Positions 27,376 to 34,137 of a stretch of DNA of 34,137 nt are shown piece by piece. Where the stretch lies: assembly GCA_039936495.1 (NCBI GenBank), contig JBDTIG010000037.1, forward strand, positions 1 to 34,137, given 5' to 3'. How positions within the stretch are numbered: the stretch's first letter is position 1; each line of letters opens with the position of its first letter. The stretch comes from Candidatus Saccharimonas sp. GTDB taxonomy: Bacteria; Patescibacteriota; Saccharimonadia; Saccharimonadales; Saccharimonadaceae. The notes under the pieces were generated by a model. The model saw only the letters and a program-made list of their open reading frames with translations, was not told the DNA's origin and ran no database searches. The translations under genes and the position numbers were made by a program.

Positions 27376-28926
27376 ATGGCTACTTTGTTCTCTTGTTTGG
27401 ATAGGAGCCCTGTAGAATTGAGTTTTGGGACCAGTGGCTTACGTGGCTTGGTCGTGGATATGACGGATTTAGAGTGCTATATAAATGTAATGGGCTTTAT
27501 TGAGTTTCTCAAGAATAGCGAAGATACGCATGAATGGCAACAGATATATTTGGCCGGTGACCTTCGAGAGAGCACCCCGCGAATAATGAGAGCCGTCAAC
27601 AGAGCTATTTCTGATAGTGGATTTAAAACTATAAGTTGCGGCTTAATACCTACACCGGCTTTAGCGAACTTCTCTTTAAAGAATCAGGTGCCTAGCATCA
27701 TGGTGACGGGCAGCCATATACCTGCTGACCGCAATGGTATAAAATTCTACAAATCTGTAGGAGAAATACTAAAGAGTGACGAAGCGGGCATACAAGCTGC
27801 TGTCGCTAAGGTTAGGGCGGATGTTTACAGCGTCAATTCCACGAAATCTATGTTTGACCAGAGTGGTTGTCTGAAGGACGAAGAGAGTATACCAGATGCC
27901 GTTAGCAGGGCAACTGAATTATATAGAGATCGTTATATTAATCTATTTGGAGCCAAGCCGCTAGAGGGCAAAAGTATTATATTCTATCAGCATTCTGCGG
28001 TCGGTAGAGATATATTGGCGAACCTACTCGAGGAGTTAGGGGCAGATGTCGTTAGAGAGGGGCGAAGCGATGAGTTTGTGTCGATAGATACCGAGAACGT
28101 TACGCTCGGTGATCGAACCTACTTTAGGTCGCTTGCCATGAAATATCCCGAGAACTTTGCGATTATTTCAACTGATGGCGATAGTGATCGTCCGTTCGTT
28201 GTAGACGAGGATGGAATTTTTCATCGCGGAGATGAACTGGGAGCAATCACTGCCAAGTGGCTGAACGTAGACTTTGCGGCAATCCCCGTGAGCAGTAGCG
28301 ACGCGGTAGACACTTACCTAGAAGAGAACGGCATAGCTTATACACACACTCGGATAGGCTCTCCTTATGTCATCAGCGAGATGATCCGCGCCATAGAATC
28401 TGGCAAGGAGAGAGTTGTAGGTTGGGAAGTAAATGGTGGTTTCTTAGTAGGGAGTAGGCTTTCAGTTAACTCTCAAATGATAGAGCCGCTGCCTACTCGA
28501 GACGCGTTCCTGCCTATAGTCATTGCACTCATTTCGGCGATTGAAGCCAATAAGTCAGTTTCGGCGATTTTTAAACAATTACCGTCTCGATTTACGCAAG
28601 CTGGAATAATCGATAACTTCCCTCAGGAATCTTCCCGAAGTATAGTCGAGAAATTATCGAGTGACCTTACTGTCGTTAAGGCCATTTTATCTAGATATTT
28701 AAATTCTAAAAATGGGTTTGACACAATTAAATCGATTAATACATTAGATGGCGTACGTGTATACTTCGATAACAGTGACATCATCCATATTCGTCCATCT
28801 GGAAACGCGCCCCAGCTCCGTGTGTACAGCGTGGCCAGTACTCAAGCTCGTGCGGATGAGATAGTTCAATTTGCTACAGACGAGAAGACTAGATTGCTGT
28901 ATAAGTTAGCGAATGAAGTCTCTTAG
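27376..28926 (+). CDS. manB: Phosphomannomutase
   Basis: FGTSGLRG, VTGSHIPADRNGIKFY, DGDSDRP, GWEVNGGF, RPSGNAPQLR. Start moved to ATG 27376. Confidence 0.93.
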   Translation: MATLFSCLDRSPVELSFGTSGLRGLVVDMTDLECYINVMGFIEFLKNSEDTHEWQQIYLAGDLRESTPRIMRAVNRAISDSGFKTISCGLIPTPALANFSLKNQVPSIMVTGSHIPADRNGIKFYKSVGEILKSDEAGIQAAVAKVRADVYSVNSTKSMFDQSGCLKDEESIPDAVSRATELYRDRYINLFGAKPLEGKSIIFYQHSAVGRDILANLLEELGADVVREGRSDEFVSIDTENVTLGDRTYFRSLAMKYPENFAIISTDGDSDRPFVVDEDGIFHRGDELGAITAKWLNVDFAAIPVSSSDAVDTYLEENGIAYTHTRIGSPYVISEMIRAIESGKERVVGWEVNGGFLVGSRLSVNSQMIEPLPTRDAFLPIVIALISAIEANKSVSAIFKQLPSRFTQAGIIDNFPQESSRSIVEKLSSDLTVVKAILSRYLNSKNGFDTIKSINTLDGVRVYFDNSDIIHIRPSGNAPQLRVYSVASTQARADEIVQFATDEKTRLLYKLANEVS

Positions 28927-29045
28927 ACTTCATTGACAGTTTTTTGGCGACTGTTGTCGAATATACGCTGGTGATGTAGAGCGGCGGGCGCTGCCCGCAG
29001 CTAGCATACGATAAGGGTTATCATGGCAGGAGAGATGATAGTGTG

Positions 29046-29079
29046 AAAGCGATAAGCCCACCCCTTTTCAGGGGTGGGC
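29046..29079 (-). terminator. Intrinsic terminator of the 29090-29434 gene
   Basis: Minus strand GCCCACCCCT-GAAA-AGGGGTGGGC followed by TTATCGCTTT, 10 nt after the stop. Confidence 0.75.
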
Positions 29080-29089
29080 GAGCGGATAA

Positions 29090-29434
29090 TCAGGATTCTG
29101 CAGGAGGTAGCATGCGCATAATCACGCCTGCATAGTGCTTAGTGCTGCGCCAGGGGTGCCAGCGTATCACAGGTACGTTATGTACACGTGCAGCATCGAA
29201 GAGCCTGGGGAATGAAGTATGATATAGTTTCTTGCCATCGCCATCCATGCACGTGCCGTCTGTCGCTATTAGATCTACGCCCTCTAGCGTCTCATCGAAG
29301 AGATCGGTAGAGCTGATGTAGCGAATAGTGACGCCGCCAACTGGGTGGAGACGTCTAATCCTTGCGCCAAGCCCGTACGCACGCTTGCGCTTAACACTGG
29401 GGTCAGCCGACACAATCAAAACTGTATTTGGCAT
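29090..29434 (-). CDS. Small hypothetical protein, possibly a degenerate receiver (CheY-like) fold
   Basis: Has its own consensus promoter, SD (AGAGGA) and terminator; VLIVSAD...VDLIATDGTCMDGDG...NVPVI resembles the REC pattern. Confidence 0.7.
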   Translation of the reverse strand: MPNTVLIVSADPSVKRKRAYGLGARIRRLHPVGGVTIRYISSTDLFDETLEGVDLIATDGTCMDGDGKKLYHTSFPRLFDAARVHNVPVIRWHPWRSTKHYAGVIMRMLPPAES

Positions 29435-29484
29435 GACGCTTCCTCTCTGAGTTCGTGAATGTACTGGGATTATCCTATCCTCTC

Positions 29485-29513
29485 ATTATACACCATTTCG
29501 TGTGAATTGTCAA
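29485..29513 (-). promoter_or_regulatory. Perfect-consensus sigma70 promoter
   Basis: Minus strand TTGACA-N17-TATAAT, about 50 nt upstream of ATG 29434. Confidence 0.88.
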
Positions 29514-29659
29514 TATATGTAAAATTGAGCTTATATAGAGATAAGTCGCCGCTTAGAGGAATCTAGTTGCTCCAACCCATTCGGTCATCTCCTGTAGTTT
29601 TCATAACTATAGAGCTTTTGATATAGTTTGTCAAATCAAGGATAGGTGAGTAGTAGAGT

Positions 29660-30748
29660 CTAAGACTTCAATTTGTAGTAAGCTTGTACAGTTGTGATAA
29701 CATCTCCGTTGCCGCCACATTGATCGCTCGAGAATGCTGCGCGTTGATCGAGCGTCTTATAGTCGGTGCATGGTAGTATGCTTTGCGTGCCAGTAAAGAA
29801 TTGCCATTTATCACTGCCCTTCTGATAGAACAAGTAAGCTGCGCCGCCGAATCCATCGCGAGAGGATAGGTTGATGCTGGCTGTCTTGTAGCCTGCAGTG
29901 GCGCTGTTTTTGACGTCCGGCATAGAGAATACTTGATTGGTGGCATCATTTGCGGTGCCGTTACCTATGATGTAGGCATCGGCAAATGGCAGGATAGTAT
30001 CACTGGCCACTTTGTAAGTAGCTTTGTCGGAGCAGGACAATGTGATTGGTTCGGCGCTGAACGTCGTGACTGTACAGATAGTGTTATCAGACTGATACTC
30101 AGTGAAGCTATTTAAAGAATCGGTCTTTGCATAACCATTAGTTAGCAGGATTGGTTCGATTTTAGCGATGATAGCTTTTGTGAATTCGGTATCGATATTG
30201 GCACTAGGCTTGGACGATTTATCGATATTTAGCGTGTATGCGTCACTAGATGCGACATAATAATTTGCGCCGGTTACTTTGTAGCTCGGACCGTTTGCTG
30301 GCGGCGTGCTGTCTTTGTCGGAAGCGGTGATAGCCAGCGTCGGATAAGTAGATTTCATATCTTTGTCTAGCGATGAATGAACTGTAGTAGTGACAGATTC
30401 TGCAGTAGCTTTTGGTACTTTGGTGACAGCAACTTGGCTGGCATCGGTTTTAGAAGTGTCGGGTTTTGATACCGCCGATTCCTTGGTAGCAGGCTTTAGA
30501 AGCATCCAAAGCGCCATGCCGATAGCGATAAGAAGTACTAGAGCTATAGCTGCGATGAGCAGATTTCGATTACGATGGCTCGGCGCCATGAAGATTGTCG
30601 GGTTTGGATTGGTTTCCGTCTCGCGTGAAGTGTCTTCGACCAAACCAGCACTAGCATTGACTTGGCTGATTTCCAAGTCTTCTGGTCGCGGCGGAGTCGG
30701 AGTCGGTTCAGTTGGGGGTGTTGGTTGATTACCCTGTTGTTCGTCCAT
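29660..30748 (-). CDS. Single-pass membrane-anchored hypothetical protein
   Basis: Pro-rich N-terminus, one TM helix, and an S/T-rich ectodomain with four Cys. Confidence 0.8.
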   Translation of the reverse strand: MDEQQGNQPTPPTEPTPTPPRPEDLEISQVNASAGLVEDTSRETETNPNPTIFMAPSHRNRNLLIAAIALVLLIAIGMALWMLLKPATKESAVSKPDTSKTDASQVAVTKVPKATAESVTTTVHSSLDKDMKSTYPTLAITASDKDSTPPANGPSYKVTGANYYVASSDAYTLNIDKSSKPSANIDTEFTKAIIAKIEPILLTNGYAKTDSLNSFTEYQSDNTICTVTTFSAEPITLSCSDKATYKVASDTILPFADAYIIGNGTANDATNQVFSMPDVKNSATAGYKTASINLSSRDGFGGAAYLFYQKGSDKWQFFTGTQSILPCTDYKTLDQRAAFSSDQCGGNGDVITTVQAYYKLKS

Positions 30749-30802
30749 ATGTAAACTATAGCATAATGGAGCCTGTAGTCATATGGTCAACAAATGGTGG
30801 AT

Positions 30803-31933
30803 TTATTTTGCGGGGTAGTTGTCGTGGACAACTTTTTGGAGTTTGGTTTGAAAGAGTACTTTGTCGAAACGTTTAGCGGTGCGCTGAAGTTTGGACGGCA
30901 TGAATTTAACTGATTCAGACCGCTGGATTGCTCGTGCGACATCGTCAATTAATTGATGGCGAAATAATATGCCAGTTTCCCCGTCGGTGACGATGTCGAG
31001 CGTGCCAGCTTTGCCGAGAGCGATGGCTGGTGCGCCAGCAGCGAGAGCCTCGACGGTCACTATACCGAAATCTTCCTCGGCGGCGTAGATGAATCCCTTG
31101 GCTGATTCGAGGGCCTTTTCGAGTTCATTGTTTGAAGCATTGCCGGCGCGATCGGTGAAGAATTCGATAGTTGGTCCAGCGGCTTCGACTAGTTTCTGAT
31201 GCATCGGCCCTTCGCCAAAGACTTTCAGATTCAGACCGAGCTGTGTGCAAGCCGCGACCACCAAATCGTAGCGCTTGTAGGGCAGTTGACGGCCAGTCGT
31301 CACGTAGTAATCACCGCGCTCACGCTCGGGTGAGAAACGTTTGGTATCGACTGGCGGATGGATGACTGTGCTGTTGCGATTATAGTATCGTTTGATCCGA
31401 CTTTGCGTTTCGGTGGAGTTAGCGATAAAGACGTCGACTTGTTTCGCAGCTTCGAGGTCGAGCTTGCGCTGTCTAGGTACCAGCAGAGGCATCGCTAGGC
31501 GCACCAGCGGGTTTAGCTTGCCATAGCCAGGATCACGCCGGTATTCGGCGTAGTGGCTCCAGTAGTAGCGTGGCGGCGTGTGGCAGTAGTTTATGATGAC
31601 TTGATCGGGTCGAGATTTGGTAACTTGATGCCCGTGTAGGTAGCTACTAGTTAGGATGATGTCGAATTGTGATAGATCGAGCTGGCGCATCGCTTTGACA
31701 GCTAGGGTAGGCAGGAGTTTGTGATATTTCTTGACCAACTTTGGTAATCTCTCTAGGCTAGAGGTTCGGATATCGAGTTTAGCAAAAGCCGGCACCTTGG
31801 CGGCATTATATACGGCTGTGTATATAGGAGCGTCAGGAAATGCTTCGTGCATAGCCAGTACGACATTTTCCGCCCCACCCATAGTGGTCAGGAAATCACA
31901 AACGATAGCTATCTTTGGCTGATTCTCGGGCAT
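30803..31933 (-). CDS. GT4 glycosyltransferase
   Basis: MGGAENV, YCHTPPRY, VIHPPVD, PYKR, EEDFGIVTVEA. Confidence 0.93.
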   Translation of the reverse strand: MPENQPKIAIVCDFLTTMGGAENVVLAMHEAFPDAPIYTAVYNAAKVPAFAKLDIRTSSLERLPKLVKKYHKLLPTLAVKAMRQLDLSQFDIILTSSYLHGHQVTKSRPDQVIINYCHTPPRYYWSHYAEYRRDPGYGKLNPLVRLAMPLLVPRQRKLDLEAAKQVDVFIANSTETQSRIKRYYNRNSTVIHPPVDTKRFSPERERGDYYVTTGRQLPYKRYDLVVAACTQLGLNLKVFGEGPMHQKLVEAAGPTIEFFTDRAGNASNNELEKALESAKGFIYAAEEDFGIVTVEALAAGAPAIALGKAGTLDIVTDGETGILFRHQLIDDVARAIQRSESVKFMPSKLQRTAKRFDKVLFQTKLQKVVHDNYPAK

Positions 31934-32038
31934 GCTTGATATTATAGCCTTTTTATGACGGACATGCTTGCCTATTGTTTCTTCGTCATGTAAAAAGGTA
32001 TGAATATCAACTTATCAACCAATGTCTCCGACACCCTA

Positions 32039-32739
32039 TCCTGGGTCTGGCCTCGGAAACTGAGAAATAGTATGTAATATAATTATGCCAGCTAGAAATA
32101 TTGTTAGGATAAACATCACAGAAGGCTACTTCCACGTTTACACTCGCGGGGCGTCGAAGAAGCTTATTTTTCTTGAAGATTCCGATTATCAGAGGTTTTT
32201 GAGTTTGGTCCATCGCTATCTGGGAGAATCTGACGAAGTGGACGCTCGCGGTCGGCAATACAGGAGTTTTCGCGACAGGCTAGAGCTACTGGCATTCTGC
32301 TTGATGCCGAATCATGTGCATTTACTGTTTTTCCAATACGACGAAAAGGCGATTTCAGAATTCATGCAATGTGTCATGGGCCGGTATAGTAATTATTTTA
32401 ACTTGAAATACCACCAGTCCGGACAGCTGACGGAAAGTAGGTTTAAAGCGTCGTGGATCTCAAACGATACCTACCTGATGCATATCTCGCGCTACATTCA
32501 TCTTAACCCGAGGCATTGGAGAACTTGGCGCTGGTCGAGTTTAGCGGATTATGAGAAAAGACCGACTAACGCAGGAGTTAGTCCTGGTAAAATAATCGAA
32601 TTATTTAGTAGCCGCCAGCACTACATGGAATTTGTTGCTGACTACGAGGAAAGTAAAAAGTCACTCGACGCTATCAAAAACGAATTAGCAAATTACTAGC
32701 TATACAATATAATCACACTTTCCGAGGCCAGACCCAGGA
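32039..32739. mobile_element. REP-RAYT-like unit bounded by a perfect 21-bp inverted repeat
   Basis: TCCTGGGTCTGGCCTCGGAAA at 32039-32059 and its reverse complement at 32719-32739. Confidence 0.8.
32085..32699 (+). CDS. REP-associated tyrosine transposase (RAYT; IS200-like Y1 HUH)
   Basis: YFHVYTRG...IF, AFCLMPNHVHLL (HUH), YFN.KY..SG, RYIHLNP (catalytic Tyr), WRWSS. Confidence 0.92.
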   Translation: MPARNIVRINITEGYFHVYTRGASKKLIFLEDSDYQRFLSLVHRYLGESDEVDARGRQYRSFRDRLELLAFCLMPNHVHLLFFQYDEKAISEFMQCVMGRYSNYFNLKYHQSGQLTESRFKASWISNDTYLMHISRYIHLNPRHWRTWRWSSLADYEKRPTNAGVSPGKIIELFSSRQHYMEFVADYEESKKSLDAIKNELANY

Positions 32740-32906
32740 AAGGGACAGGGTATATTCTATAAATAATATGTTGTATTTATTACATATATTTTACAGGTGT
32801 AATGTAATTATCGCTATAGATTCCTGGGTTGCTTATGCTTGTGTATTATTTTGTAGTCATGTAAAAAGGTATGAATATCAAGTTATATTCGGGAGTGTCG
32901 AAGGAC

Positions 32907-34137
32907 ATGAGAAGAAAAACTTTCACACGCACCACACTATACGTAGCAGTAGGTGTGTTTTTAATTTTAGGAGTAACGGGTGCAGTAAATATAGCAAATA
33001 CGAGCTCAGCTGCAGCTGAATCTATCGACTGGATGTCAGATGGCGTATCGGTAGTTAGGGAGATGGATCGTTCGACTGACGTGGGTGGAGTGCCTCCGAA
33101 TCACGTTCAGGCGTGTACTCATAAATCAGTACAACTGGATAAAGTAGAGCTGTTCGATGCGTGCGTATACCAGGCCAAATCATTCAGTCTGGCTAGAGAA
33201 ACAGTATGTCAACCGAACTTGTACGGGAGCTGTAACTATCAGACTTCGATGTTGATTGGTTTTAACGATGGTAATCGGATGTACCGGATCGATGGTCTGC
33301 TGACAATGGTAAGTTGGGTTTGTTGGCAAGTCTCACCCGAGACGAACAGACTGGTTGTGGCTTGTGGTGGCGCGGTAGGCGTGATTGATGATCTGGTTGC
33401 CAACTTGACGAAAACGAGTGATTTTGGCGGAGATAAATATCAGTTTAACCCGGATAATCTGACTTATCTAAGAGATTCAAGGGACTGGGTGCTTCGAATT
33501 GATTCAGCGGCAATGTCAAAGAATGGCAAGTGGCTAATTGGTGAGGCTACTAACCATGGCCTGATCCGAGTTAATCTAGAGGACTCATCGGTCCGAATGT
33601 TTTTGCAGACGGGGCAATATACAGGCTATGGTATGGACCCAACGATGGAGTTTGCCGTGACTGGTGACGGTCAGTATGTGGCTGCGGGTGGTTGGAATAA
33701 CGGTGCAACGATGTATAAAATTGATGATTCGTGCGGTCGGCAGGCGAGCGTTTATCTGACTAGTTGGAATAAGCTTGATTCGTCTTTTACGAGTTGCCCA
33801 AGCAAAGATATTTCGGCAATGTTGATGGCAGCGAATGGACCAACATCGGGGTTCAGAGCCGCAACATACCCTAGCTTTAGTGACGATAGCGGGCAACTTG
33901 AGCTTTTGTATAGTCCTTACACGTGGAGCGATGATGTGTATCAAAGCTGGATGACACTTACGGCAGATAATTATACCGCGGGTTCAGACTTGCCTATGCG
34001 TTTTGGGTACCTAGCTATGGGTGATTCGTATTCTAGCGGTGAGGGTGATGTGGGGAAAGGTGAGGGCGGCAATCGCTACTACGCATTAAATGCGCAAGGC
34101 ATCGTAGATGCGTGCCACGTCAGTCCTAGATCTTATC
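32907..34137 (+). CDS. Secreted protein with SGNH/GDSL hydrolase domain, truncated by window end
   Basis: Not in ORF track. ATG 32907 after AAGGA; signal peptide MRRKTFTRTTLYVAVGVFLILG...; propeller-like SKNGKW and TGDGQY motifs; in-frame YLAMGDSYSSGEG and CHVSPRSY at the window end. Confidence 0.85.
   Translation, partial: MRRKTFTRTTLYVAVGVFLILGVTGAVNIANTSSAAAESIDWMSDGVSVVREMDRSTDVGGVPPNHVQACTHKSVQLDKVELFDACVYQAKSFSLARETVCQPNLYGSCNYQTSMLIGFNDGNRMYRIDGLLTMVSWVCWQVSPETNRLVVACGGAVGVIDDLVANLTKTSDFGGDKYQFNPDNLTYLRDSRDWVLRIDSAAMSKNGKWLIGEATNHGLIRVNLEDSSVRMFLQTGQYTGYGMDPTMEFAVTGDGQYVAAGGWNNGATMYKIDDSCGRQASVYLTSWNKLDSSFTSCPSKDISAMLMAANGPTSGFRAATYPSFSDDSGQLELLYSPYTWSDDVYQSWMTLTADNYTAGSDLPMRFGYLAMGDSYSSGEGDVGKGEGGNRYYALNAQGIVDACHVSPRSY

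Larger units (their letters stand above)
31964..32886. repeat. 52-bp imperfect direct repeat (31964-32015 / 32835-32886) bracketing the RAYT
   Basis: Exact 26-bp core GTCATGTAAAAAGGTATGAATATCAA at 31985-32010 and 32856-32881. Confidence 0.9.

Noticed and set aside
28981-29001. GC hairpin GCGGGC-gct-GCCCGC after manB
   Set aside because: Only a 6-bp stem with a 3-nt loop and no U-tract; too weak to call.
32768-33944. ORFs 32768-33019 (+) and 33585-33944 (-)
   Set aside because: Out-of-frame or antisense to the long SGNH gene starting at 32907.

Overview
Bacterial chromosomal window, most consistent with Candidatus Saccharibacteria/CPR (inferred from the secreted/anchored surface-protein families and frequent leaderless gene starts, not proven). 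The core (~5.5-32 kb) is a large cell-surface glycan locus: manC/manB, gmd, an Rmd-like reductase, a ColD-type PLP enzyme, Wzm/Wzt ABC exporter, a coiled-coil SAM methyltransferase interrupted by an in-frame TAG, six GT4 and two GT2 glycosyltransferases, a flippase-like protein, a GT-C-like membrane protein and a secreted protein with four exact 138-aa repeats. The left end has a GtrB-like GT2, a KilA-N protein, sucCD, a VbhA-Fic toxin-antitoxin pair and a chimeric sucC'/GT4' pseudogene. The right end has a RAYT (Y1 HUH transposase) flanked by a perfect 21-bp inverted repeat and a 52-bp direct repeat, then a truncated secreted SGNH-hydrolase gene. The most unexplained feature is a ~350-420 nt non-coding element (~1803-2241) between sucD and the KilA-N gene. 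It is made of nested palindromes that can fold as a long rod or a multi-armed structure, and is a candidate novel structured RNA or foldback element.
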